Part shown: piece by piece, positions 1-11,915 of the stretch
Layout of the letters: every line of letters starts with the position of its first letter
Position numbering within the stretch: the stretch's first letter is position 1
Source: Antedon mediterranea
Taxonomy: Eukaryota > Animalia > Echinodermata
DNA: 64,000 nt
Assembly (NCBI RefSeq): GCF_964355755.1
Contig: NC_092673.1
Coordinates: forward strand, 17,729,648 to 17,793,647
Direction of reading: 5' to 3'
Notes under the pieces: model-generated
The model's database searches: none
What the model was told of the DNA's origin: nothing
Seen by the model: only the letters and a program-made list of their open reading frames with translations
Made by a program: the position numbers and the translations under genes

Positions 1-1046
1 AATAGAAATTTGAGAACAAGACTTGACCTAATTAAACCTGATCTAAAGCGGAAAGTGTTCGAGAATCAAAACAAGCAAAGAATAAACCCAGGAAAACAAC
101 GCGAGTTCAAAATTGGACAAAAAGTGTTAGCTAGAGATTACAGAAATGAGGATAAGTGGGTAACAGCTAAAATTATAGCAGTAAATGGCCCACTGTCATA
201 CGAAGTGAAAACACAACAAGGAGGACTGTGGAATAGACATGTCGAACAATTGCGCGAAACGCTATTGAAAACTACAGAAATCACCCAACCGACATTGACA
301 CCACAGTACATACCGGAAGCGACACCAACACCAACAATGGAAACAGCACCTTCAATCGCAAACAATCAGCAAAGCGAAGAAGCAGTAAATAAAGAAATCA
401 TGAACGCTAAAACACCAAGACGCTCCAAGAGAGTGGTCAAAAGCCCTAAAAGTCTTATAGCTGAAATATAATGAACTCATTGTCTTCCAATAAAATACAC
501 AAGACATTTTGAACTGAACATTGATTTTTAATTCATATATAAATCTCAATTATTCTCTTTCACCTTGTACAACAATATGTAATGGATGAACACTAAACTG
601 TTCACTATCAATTATCATTATTAATGGACCTTAAGATATATTCACTTTACAGATTCATAATTTTAAATATGTTTGTATGTCTAAATAGGAACCAAGTCAA
701 ATAGCATACAATTATTGAATGTTCTTTTGTTTATATCGTACAGGTATAATAAAACCTAAAATAATTAAAAACAATATAAAACATAGAAAAAAGATTCTTA
801 CGGATAACTTTAACTCATATATTGTTGACACACCCAAATGTTTAACCTACCTTTAAATTATTTCTGGGAGAATTGTAATGTATTATGTATAGCTATAGTA
901 TTCTCAGATACTCCTAAATATTAGTATAGCGCCACCTATGTTGAAATAAAACTGATTTACAAAATGGACGATAGTTTACACTGTGTTTATGTCATGAGGT
1001 CTATAAACAATCAATTGTAATCCACAAACATCTTCAGTACACAACA
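1..1046 (+). mobile_element. 3' end of a Ty3/Gypsy-like LTR retrotransposon: integrase C-terminus (ORF 10-471), purine tract and 3' LTR (874-1046)
   Basis: ORF reads RTRLDLIKP...FKIGQKVLARDYR...W...GPLSYEV...WNRHVEQLR, a GPY/F-type integrase tail. GGGAGAAT (866-873) is followed by TGTAATG...TACACAACA (TG..CA) with AATAAA inside. Sequence right after 1046 resumes the ankyrin-array intron motif also seen at about 3168 and 9048. Confidence 0.8.
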
Positions 1047-1202
1047 ATATTCTATTTTGTTTTCATTTATCAATAATGATAATTAGGATTTTATCACATT
1101 ATTTAGCAGTAATTGTTGTTGTTTGTATTAACAACAACAAAAAACAATTTCACATAATGTCTGTTGTTAGTATTTATAAACTTCATTATGATTCCTTTCC
1201 AG

Positions 1203-1313
1203 CATGGTGAAACTCCATTACTTTTATATCTGATGAGTAGAAATACAACACCTACCTTAGAAATAGTGACGTGTCTCATTCAGCATGGGGCACCAGTAGC
1301 ATTGCAAGATGAG
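1203..1313 (+). CDS. Ankyrin-repeat exon A1 (HGETPLLLYLMSRNTTPTLEIVTCLIQHGAPVALQDE), phase 0-0
   Basis: tttccAG acceptor, GTAATG donor, 111 nt open frame, G-x-TPL...IV..LI.HGA ankyrin consensus. Confidence 0.85.
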
Positions 1314-1535
1314 GTAATGTACAGGGATTTGCTAGTGTAATAGGCTAACATTCTATAGATATGCTGTGGTAAACCATTCTATTTTGTTCTACTCATTTAT
1401 TAATAATGATAATTATGATTATTTTACCACAATATTTAGCAGCAATTGTTGTTGTTTGTATTGACAAAAAAAACAAACAATTTCACATAATGTCTGTTGT
1501 CAGTATTTATAAACTTTATTATGATTCCTTTCCAG

Positions 1536-1640
1536 GATGGTGACACTCTATTACATACATATCTGAGACATGAAGACCCTACCTTAGAAATAGTGACTTG
1601 TCTCATTCAGCATGGGACACCAGTAGCATTGCAAAAGAAG
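1536..1640 (+). CDS. Ankyrin-repeat exon A2 (DGDTLLHTYLRHEDPTLEIVTCLIQHGTPVALQKK), phase 0-0
   Basis: tttccAG/GTAATG boundaries, 105 nt open frame, ankyrin consensus. Confidence 0.85.
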
Positions 1641-1859
1641 GTAATGTACAGGGATTTGCTAGTGTAATAGGCTAACATTCTATAGATATGATGTGGTAAA
1701 CCATTCTATTTTGTTCTACTCATTTATTAATAATGATAATTATGATTATTTACCACAATATTTAGTAGCAATTGTTGTTGTTTGTATTGACAAAAAAAAA
1801 ACAATTTCACATAATGTCTGTTGTCAGTATTTATAAACTTCATTATGATTCCTTTCCAG

Positions 1860-1964
1860 AATGGTAACACTCCATTACATTCATATCTGATGATTGGATA
1901 CCCTACCTTAGAAATAGTGACGTGTCTCATTCAGCATGGGGCACCATTAGCATTGCAAAATAAG
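1860..1964 (+). CDS. Ankyrin-repeat exon A3 (NGNTPLHSYLMIGYPTLEIVTCLIQHGAPLALQNK), phase 0-0
   Basis: tttccAG/GTAATG boundaries, 105 nt open frame, canonical GNTPLH motif. Confidence 0.88.
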
Positions 1965-3322
1965 GTAATGTACAGGGATTTGCTAGTGTAATAGGCTAAC
2001 ATTATATAGATATGCTGAAGTAAACCATTCAATGAGAGAAAAAAGTAAGCACATTAACAAAAATCAAATTTTATTAAAAGAAATCAAATTAAAATACTGT
2101 AATAACTAAACAGTTATATATGATTTATGATAACTGATTTAAAGTATACAGTTATCCATCAAATAACATTTATTTTTTTCTTAATGAACAAAAACAATCT
2201 ACTTGTAATTTTTTATATTCAGGTGAATCAGTATAATTTTGTTTAAATACTTTTTACCATAAAATAAATATATATTGCTCAATATGTAGCTGTAAAGATA
2301 ATAACAATTGAAAATGGTCTAATTAATTATAAATATGAAATAAAATGTATGTTGACAAATAATAAAATAGCAAACAAAAATGTTTGTGTTATTGTTAACA
2401 AAATTAATAGAATCTGATTGTAATAAAAAAAGAATTAGTTAGTGTTAATAACCTGCTCCTTACCTTACAAAAAAATACTTCTGTCAGTATATCCAGCTAA
2501 TTACAGTTTGAATATGGCCTTAAAGAGATCCTTTTCCAGCATTTTTTTTTGCAAACATTTTGCCACAAGTGGAAGAGAAATGTAAATAATGTTTAGTTTA
2601 TAGTGGTTTCCAAAATCTAAAAATGTTTGAGCAATGCAATTGGAAAAAGAAATTTAACATGAAATTATTCTTTTCAAACAGTGCCGTATCTTATCTTATG
2701 ACTTTTTGGAAAAAATGATTCTATAAAGTTGCCAGTTAAAATGTGATATACTAGTAAGTGCCCACAGATGGTTCTCGAATACTTGAACTTTGGTAAATAA
2801 CTGAAATTGTCTAAGTCGCACTGTACACAAAGCAAATGAATACAGATATGTTGGAATTTATGTAGTCAAATATAATTGTCATGCGGAGAATTACCTTAAT
2901 TTTGTTTATTACATGGTATTGTTCACCAAATTCCTGTCTTGGTACATTTTATTATGGGATGGTATCAGACTTCATGATATGATTTTCATTAAGGCAAATG
3001 GTTTAAACTAAATGTGTTATCGTTAATATCTAACTTAGCTTAATTATGATATTGGTTTCATTGTGTTAAAAATCAGTACTGAAAGTATTTACCAACTTTC
3101 TCAGATTTTAATGATTACTTACATTAAGTAATAGGCTAACAATCACTAGATCTGATCCATGGTAATATATTATATTTTGTTTTCATTTATCAATAATGAT
3201 AATTAATATTTTATCACATTATTTAGCAGTAATTGTTGTTGTTTGTATTTACAAAAAAAAAACCCAATTTCACATAATGTCTGTTGTCAGTATTTATAAA
3301 CTTCATTATGATTCCTTTCCAG

Positions 3323-6300
3323 GATGGTAACCCTCTATTACATGACTATCTGGGGAATGAATATACACCTACCTTAGAAATAGTGACGTGTCTCATTCAG
3401 CATGGGACACCTAGTATCCCCATTTTACACTTTCTCTGGGAAAAAATTAGAAACAAGTGTTTCTCAACTGATTTGTGTCATATGGGGTCTATATATCCAC
3501 CAAAAAAAAGTTCCAGCTCATCTGGCCTGGGGAAAGCCGCCATTTTGGATTTTCAAAATGGCCGCCATAAAATACAGGTTTTTGCTCATATCTCCTCTTC
3601 TACATCATGCATGGAAATGATTTTGGTGGCAAAGTGTATGTTTTGAGGGTCAAGGAATCTAAATACAGCATTTTGAAGTTCACTCAATGACCGCCATCTT
3701 GTTTTTTCAAAATGGCCGCCTTAAAATACAGATTTGTGCTTATCTCAGCTTCTACATCATGTATAGACATGGGAAAATGGAGGTTTTGACGGTCAAGGAA
3801 TCCAAATACAGCATTAATTTGAATTTCACCCAATGGCCGCCATTTTGAAAATCAAAATGGCTGCTATAAAATTTACAGATTTTTCCTCATATCTCAGCTT
3901 CTATATCATATGAACGTAATTTTGGTAGAAAAATATATGTTTTGAAGGTCAAGGAATTCAAATATAGTATTTTAAAGTTCACCTAATGCCCGCCATTTTG
4001 TTTTTCAAAATGGCTGCCATAAAATTTACAGATTTGTCCTCGTACCTCAGCTTCTACATCGTGCATGGAAATGATTTTGTTGGCAATGTTTATGTTTTGA
4101 GGGTCAAGAAATCTAAATACAGCTTTTTGAAGTTCACTCAATGACAACCATTTTGATTGTAAAAATGGCCACCATAAGCTACAGGTTTTTGCTAATTTAT
4201 GAGCTACTATGATTATGATTTTGCTAAGCCTATGTTTTGAAGGTTACAGAATAAAAACAAAATTCAGCTTTTGAAATACAGTTGGAAAGTGATAACGCGA
4301 ATAAGTCAATATGTTGGTGATAATATATGGGAACCACAATGATTATGACCCCAGGAGATACTGTACACAAGAAGATATCAGCGATGTACTGTAACTATAT
4401 CATTCGCGTGAAGAACCTAAAAATAAAATATTCTAAAAAAGTTTGTTAGACGACATTTTAAGATATTTTCCAAATCCTAAAGAGAAACATGGCCAACTTT
4501 AGTTAAGCATATTCCAATCAGATACATTATAGATAAAGCAAGTAAAGCAATTTAAAGCAACATATCTTATGTGACTGAATGGATGGTTATCTAATACACT
4601 GGGGGCTAACACTACTTCACCATAACTGGTCTGGATAATGCGATAACTGGACAAATCGACGATAGTTTATGCCGATCATTCTTTTTTATCCAATTAACAT
4701 GTCAACAGTTTATACAATGGTACAGCCACTCTGAAAACGTATATCTAGCTGCTCATCTACCAGTCATAATAATCAGACACGGAGGAGTTTATCTTTTCAG
4801 GAGCTTTCTTGGTTATATTGGACATACTGGTGGGTTGAGGTTTTGAAGTTGTGCATAACCTACTTTAAAGAGAGCTGTATATTCTAAAGCTCTTAGAGGA
4901 TGCAGCTATGTATCATATAATGATGACACGAGATGAGGATGTACCATTTTGTCTCCAGATATAGACACAGTATAGGACAATTGACTATGATGGCCAATAT
5001 GCCTGAACGACAAATTTCCATATACATACAATACAAGATGTTCCAAAAGAATGGATATCATGCAACGTGTTATAAATGGTGAAGTATCAGTTTTCAGACA
5101 TGAGCACAATAGAGAAAACCTTATGTATCTTGAAATTTGTCTTTCAGCATTTCCAGATATAGCCTTCCACTTTTGGCATTTTGGCCATGACCAGCTGCTG
5201 CAAATATAAAAGCATACTGTAGATGCTATATCTGAACCTGGAGCTCCCAATTGCACAATCACGCCTAAAAAGTTATACCATCTAATGATACAGCCACACC
5301 TTAAATGTTCTTGATATCTTTTTGACTTTCAGAGAAAGCTCTTAAGAATCTTTCGAGTTTGACGACAAATGGCAGTTTTCTTTCTCTAACTATTTGCATT
5401 ACTTTACGTCACATTGGTTGATCGAAGGTTATTAGGATGGCAGATAAGCAGCTAGATATAAACATAAATGCAGACCATTTAGGGTGACTAGTGTTAATCT
5501 CCCAGTGTATTACCATGTATTCATAAGATATTACTTGCTTTATCCATAAGTTGTACTTTTAACTGCAAGATGGCCATGCTTCTCTTTATATTTGGAAAAT
5601 ATCTTTACATGTCTATGTAACTTCTTTAGAATATCTTGTTTATTAGTTTCTTCTCGCGAATGATAGTTACAGTACACTCTCTGGTATCTTCTTGTATACC
5701 TCTTTGGTCGTAATCAGTATGGAACTCGATCTTGTGATTAACTCACGACGTTGAGATTGTGATAGCAATAGATCTCGGAGACTAGACAAAGGGGATTGTA
5801 CATAAATGTTGTTATTATTATATGTTGTGCCAGTTTGATTGGGAATTTTAAAACTATTACTGTATTTAACAAACTGTATGCAAAAAAAAGCAACATCTAA
5901 AGCCAGTGGAGCAGTAGCCTTCAACTATAAAGTTTGGTCCTAAACTTAGTTATCAAAATCATGTCTTCATTATGTATATGAGCTACGAAATTAGCAAAAC
6001 CTGTATTTTATGGCGGCCATTTTGAAAAACAAAATGGTGGCCCGGTTTTTAAATGAACTTTAAAAAAATGCTGTATTTGAAATCCTTGACCCTCAAAATA
6101 TATACATTGCCACCAAAATCACTTCCATACATTATGTGGAAGCTGAGATAAGAGCAAAAATCTGTATTTTTATGCTGGCCATTTTGAAAAACAAAATGGC
6201 GGCCATTGAATGAATTACGAAAATGCTGTTTTTCGATTTCTTGACACTCACAACTACACTTTGTCACTAAAATCACGTTCATACACGATGTAGAAGTTGA

Positions 6301-6664
6301 GATGAGTACAAATCTGTATTTTATGGCGGCCATTTTGAAAAACAAGATGGCGGACATTCAGTAAACTTCAAAATGCTGTATTTGGATTTATTGACTCTCA
6401 AAACATATACTTTGCCACCAAAATCATATCCATACATGATGTGGAAGCTGATATATGAGCAAAAATATGTATTTTATGGCGGCCATTTAAAAAATCCAAA
6501 ATGGCGGCTTTCCCCAGGCCTGATGAGCTGGAACTTTTTTTTGGTGGATATATAGAACCTATATAACTCAAATCAGTTGAGAAACACTTGTTTCTAATTT
6601 TTTCCCAGATTGGCCCTTTTTAGACTTAAAATAGGGATACTAACCAGTAGCATTGCAAAATAAG
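3323..6664 (+). pseudogene. Ankyrin-repeat exon A4 (DGNPLLHDYLGNEYTPTLEIVTCLIQHGTP|VALQNK) split by a 3.2 kb DNA transposon
   Basis: 5' part at 3323-3411 and 3' part AGTAGCATTGCAAAATAAG/GTAATG at 6646-6664. Removing 3412-6642 and one ACC copy restores an intact 108 nt exon. Confidence 0.85.
3412..6642. mobile_element. Non-autonomous foldback DNA transposon, Academ-like (TAG...CTA termini, 3 bp TSD ACC)
   Basis: Ends TAGTATCCC / GGGATACTA, with ACC at 3409-3411 and 6643-6645. Long inverted arms contain about 120 bp subrepeats with CCGCCATTTTG...CAAAATGGCCGCC palindromes. No intact transposase ORF. Confidence 0.85.
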
Positions 6665-7637
6665 GTAATGTACAGGGATTTGCTAGTGTAATAAGCTAAC
6701 ATTATATAGATCTGCTGAAGTAAACCATTTAATGAGAGAAAAAAGTAAGCACATTAACAAAAATCAAATTTGATTAAAACAAACCAAATAAAAAAATAAC
6801 TAAATAGTTATATATGATTTATGATCTGATTTAAAGTGTACAGTTACCTATCATATATAAACATAAATCTTTAATTTTCTTAATGAACAAAAAAATCTAT
6901 TTTTTTAATATATTCAGTTATTAATTAACAATTATTGACAACGGTCTAATTAATTGTAAATATGAAATAAAATGCGACAACTATTAAACAACTAAAAATG
7001 TTTATGTTAAAAAAATTAATAGAATCTGATTTTAATAAAAAACGATTATTAATTAATAATGTGCTCCTTCCCTTATCTTACAAAAAAAATGCTTCTGTCA
7101 GTCTATCCAGCTAATTATGAAAATGGCCTTAAAGAAATCCTTTTCCAACCTAGGATCTTTTTGTGCAAACATTTTGCCACAAAAGGAAGAGAAATGTAAA
7201 CAATGTTTTGTTAGTTTTCAAAAACTAAATTGTTTGAGTAATGCAATTTAAAAAAGAAAAGTAATATGAAATTAGTCTTTTCAAACTGAATGCTTTTAAG
7301 AAAAGTTCCGTCTCTTATCTTATGACTTTTTTGAAAAAATTAATTCTCGTTAAAATATAATATACTAGTAAGTGCTCACAGATGCTTCTCGAATACATGA
7401 ACTTTGGTAAATAACTGAAAATTGCACTGTACACAAAGCAATACAGATATGATGGAATGTATGTATTCAAATATAATTGTCATCCTGAGAATTACCTTAA
7501 TTTTGTTTATTGCATGGTATTGTTCACCAAATTCCTGTCTTGGTACATTTGATGATGGGATGGTACTGTATCAGGCTTCATGATATGATATGATCTTCAT
7601 CGAGGCAAATGATAAATTTGTTTTGATCGTCAATATT

Positions 7638-8620
7638 CATTCATTCATTCATTCAGGCTGATCGCCTGACTTTATTTACTTTAGGCCTCTGGCCCCTAGT
7701 AATTAATAAAATAATAATTACATTGAAAAACTAGAGGGTACTCCGAGAGTACAAACCTCCGCCTACTGTAAAATTCCCCTACATAAAATGCCCCCTGAAT
7801 ATTTTTTTTTTACATTTTTTTTTATTAGTTCTAAGTGTAAATATGTTAACTGCACACTACAAAGTTGTGGATGACAGTGTGGTTTAATGGTTATGTATCC
7901 AGCCTCTCACAGTTGAGATTGCTGGTTCAAGCCCCACTGAGGTTTTTTTTTTTTTATTTCTTTTTTTTTTTTTTTTTGTGGACCTTGATCTTTGAGACTG
8001 ACCCTTCAAAATTTAAACACAATTTATATGATGTGTCATTGATCATTGTGGCTAAGTTTGGTGAGAATCGGATCGAAACTGTGGTCTCTAGGCTGTAAAA
8101 TAGTTTTTTGTTAGTTGTGACCTTGACCTATGACCTTTCCCCCTCAAATTCGAACTCGTCCGAGCTTTTTGGGCATAGATCATTGTGTCCAAATTTGGTT
8201 AGAATCGGATAAAAACTGTGGCCTCCAGGCTGTTCACAGACACACACACAAACACACAAACACACACACAAACATACAGGGGTGAAAACATAACCTCCTT
8301 GGCGGAGGTAATAAAGCAATTTATGGTCACAAGATAAATGAATTAATTAATTTCGTTCTCTAAGCAAAACATATATCTTAACTTATAAGCATGATAAATA
8401 TATTTAGATAGATTATCAATAATTATTGGATCCTGTGATGATATTAAACGGCAGAATTTAAAAGTATTTGGATTTTCAAAAAATAAAGAAGGTATAAATT
8501 TTTTTCTGATTTCCTTGTAACGAGAGCAAACTGTAACAAAATGATATTCATCTTCAACTTCATTTATATCACATATTTTACATAACCTATTTCTGCGTTC
8601 TATTCTTTTCCAGTACAGTA
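7638..8620 (-). mobile_element. 3' fragment of a LINE (C-terminal CCHC zinc knuckle), interrupted by the HINE
   Basis: ORF 8343-8654 contains RLCKICDINEVEDEYHFVTVCSRY; (ATGA)n tail on the minus strand at 7638-7654. Confidence 0.65.
7731..8313 (+). mobile_element. Helentron-associated (HINE/DINE-1-like) non-autonomous element
   Basis: 5' subterminal ACCTCCGCC is complementary to the 3' hairpin ACCTCCTTGGCGGAGGT. Internal (CA)n tract, A-rich insertion site, and a near-identical inverted copy at 53398-53953. Confidence 0.7.
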
Positions 8621-9199
8621 AGTAGATAACCATAATAAATGCACCCGCTCCCAAAGTAATAATGACTTATCTATTCCATTATGGAATAACTCTCAGGGTA
8701 AAAGAACTTTTGTTTATAGATCAACTAAATTATGGAATTCTCTACCAAATAACACAAAATCAGAACTGCATAATATGTCTTTGGCAACTTTTAAATCTTC
8801 ACTTTAGAAAACATATATGTATTAACCTTTTTGCCTTCACAATTGTAAATAGTTTTATATCTGTTTTCTTTCCTTTTGTTTTTCTTTTTATTTTCTTTTT
8901 GTTGTAAATATGTTTACTGAACCACTTTGGAAATCAGTACATTTGTATTGAAAGTGTATTTCAGAAAGAAGAAATAAATAAATAGATTTTAATGATTACT
9001 TACATTAAAGTAATAGGCTAACAATCACTAGATCTGATCCATGGTAAGATATTATATTTTGTTTTCATTTATCAATAATGATAATTAGGATTTTATCACA
9101 TTATTTAGCAGTAATTGTTGTTTATATTAACAAAAAAAAACAATTTCACATGTCTGTTGTCAGTATTTATAAACATTCATGATTATGATTCCTTTCCAG

Positions 9200-9304
9200 T
9201 ATGGTGACACTCCATTACATTTATATTTGAGGAGTACTGCACCTACCTTAGAAATAGTGACGTGTCTCATTCAGCATGGGACACCATTAGCATTGCAAAA
9301 TAAG
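9200..9304 (+). CDS. Ankyrin-repeat exon A5 (YGDTPLHLYLRSTAPTLEIVTCLIQHGTPLALQNK), phase 0-0
   Basis: tttccAG/GTAATG boundaries, 105 nt open frame, canonical GDTPLH motif. Confidence 0.88.
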
Positions 9305-10324
9305 GTAATGTACAGGGATTTGCTAGTGTAATAGGCTAACATTCTATAGATATGCTGTGGTAAACCATTCTATTTTGTTCTGGTTTACCACATTATTTAG
9401 CAGTAATTTTTACTGTATTGTCTCATATTATGGTATATCTGCAGCATTGCAAAATAGGGTAATGTAGGCTTACAAAGAATTGTCAGGACAATTTCACATT
9501 TTATTGATATCATGTGTATTTATAAACTTCAACTTCAGTATCAATTAGCCTCCATATTAATCAATAGTATTACTACCTCAAAGAGCAGTATTATTTAATC
9601 AGACTTTCAGATATAGAATTCTCAAGTGTTTGATTTTTTTCACATTTTTCTCTTTTTACACATTCTACTAACAAGTTTGTTTTGATTTTGATATTCATTT
9701 ATAAGTCAACTATAATTGTAATGTGTTGTTGTTGTTTTAATATTTCATTTGTATCTGGATAGTATCCAAATATTATTTTCTTTGAAAGTTTATAGTAAAA
9801 CTATTTGTTGTTTTATATTATGGCTCAAACATTTTAACACATCTACCTACTGTTCCAAAGTAAACTTTTATTCAATTTATCTCTCTCTCTCTCCTCCATC
9901 TTTCAATGTTGAAGGCGGTAGACTATAAACAGCAGCACTTAAGTTTTGGTTTGGATACAGGAGTTATAGGTGGCGCACTGTACAAGTTGATGTCATTTAT
10001 TGGCAAATAGTAATTTCTATTCACGTCCTAATTTACAACCAATGTTAAAAAATAGTAAATCTACGTGTTATCACATGATGCTCTTTCATCCAATCTCTAG
10101 ATGGTAAATGTTTGAGACATGACATAATACTGTATGTATGTGATGCGTAATTAAAGTGTGTTATATTGTATATCAATAATTTCTCAAAACTACTAATAAC
10201 TAAACCCATTTTTTTAATAGGATGGATATACACCTGTCTCAGTTTTACAAAATAACTGGATGATAAGGGACCAGAGTAAAACTGAAATTTTAAACTTCTT
10301 TAAAAGTAAGTGAAATTTTAATTA

Positions 10325-11915
10325 CTAGATGGCACGCTCGCTTCGCTCGCGTACCATCTAGGTCGTGCCCACAGATGGTTCTCGAATACACAGTATTTCC
10401 AGCGAGAAAAAAATGGAGATTTCAAATGTACGTACCGCAGGACTATAATACATTGTCGTTTACAGAAACGAATAAATATACACAATGATTTATGTAGTCA
10501 ACCAAAATTAGCACCCTGGGAATTACTTCCGAGAGAGAAACAAAATGAGTCAAATTTTTTTATTTGGACTCATTTAAACAAACCCAATTTGTGTTTTGTA
10601 TGTAACATTAAGGGTTGAGGGATGGGGGAAGAAGATATGTACAAAGAGGAAACATTTTAAAATATATTCTTATCCACTCAGTAACGAAATATTGTTTTTA
10701 ATGTTTTATAGGCCTATAAATAATATACCACTAAATACAGTAAACATTTACGATTTAATACGGTACTTTGTTAAAACTCTCACTGTCATAGTCGATTGAA
10801 ATAGTAAAGTACATGTAACGATACACCACTACGACGTTTATATATTTTTAAATTATTAATTAATACAAACAGTGAGAAGCAACTGTCAGTAATAACGTTT
10901 ATTTATTTGTATATTATATGTTTATAATCTAACAGTAGGGCCTACCCACACTCACAGTAATAAAGTTTATTTGTATATATTTTTATATTACATCTAACAG
11001 TACCAACACTCACAGTAAGAAATTTGCGATTCAAATTGCGATCAAAAGTGGTTAATACCTTAACAGTATTGTACAGCATTGCAATACTATTTATGTTTAT
11101 TCTCCAAGGGGGCCCATAAATCTAAATCTATACCTCTATGGTTAAACCAAATAATTTGGAATGTTTATTTGTATATTATATGTTTATAATCTAACAGTAG
11201 GGCCTACCCACACTCACAGTAATAAAGTTTATTTGTATATATTTTTATATTACATCTAACAGTACCAACACTCACAGTAAGAAATTTGCGATTCAAATTG
11301 CGATCAAAAGTGGTTTTAACCATTAAAATACCTTAACAGTATTGTACAGCCAGGGAACTCCCTGGTACAGCATTGCAATACTATTTATGTTTATTCTCCA
11401 AGGGGGCCCATAAATCTAAATCTATACCTGTATGGTTAAACCAAATAATTTGGAATGTTCCATTCATCACAAATCAATACATTTGTAAAAACGTATATTA
11501 AATGTATCAAAATAGTATTTTTTAAAGAAAATCAGCCTGTCTTCAACATTATGATGCTGTACTCGAACTGTTCAACCGGTTTTCAGCTATTAAAAACAAT
11601 TATCGTAGGAGGAGATAGGAAAATGCGAAGCCTCCTCGCATTTTTGTGGCGGGTATTTTTCAAGATGGACATCCATTAGACAGTGTATACCACGATCGGA
11701 AAACACCCCTATTTGGGGCAAATCGTTGAACCTAAATTCGTTTTAATCGTCAATAACTAATTATCTAACTTAATTTAATTAGTAAACAGGGTTACATCAG
11801 GTGATTAAAATCAGTACCGAAAGTACGAACCAACTTTATATACCATCGAGTAAAAATTCTAGAAGTAAGGCGCGATTTACCGAATTTTGCCCTTACGTAA
11901 ATTTATATATAGATT
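10325..11915 (+). mobile_element. Helitron/Helentron-like non-autonomous element with an internal tandem duplication of about 260-290 bp
   Basis: 5' hairpin CTAGATGGCACGCTCGCTTCGCTCGCGTACCATCTAG; 3' hairpin GTAAGG...CCTTAC followed by TATATATAGATT; duplicated block starting at about 10902 and 11164. Confidence 0.6.

Noticed and set aside
4906-5262. Minus-strand ORF in the centre of the Academ-like element as a transposase
   Set aside because: No recognisable catalytic motifs, and adjacent frames are full of stops.
7865-8319. ORFs duplicated at 53344-53855 as a small gene family
   Set aside because: They lie within two copies of a non-coding transposable element with simple repeats.
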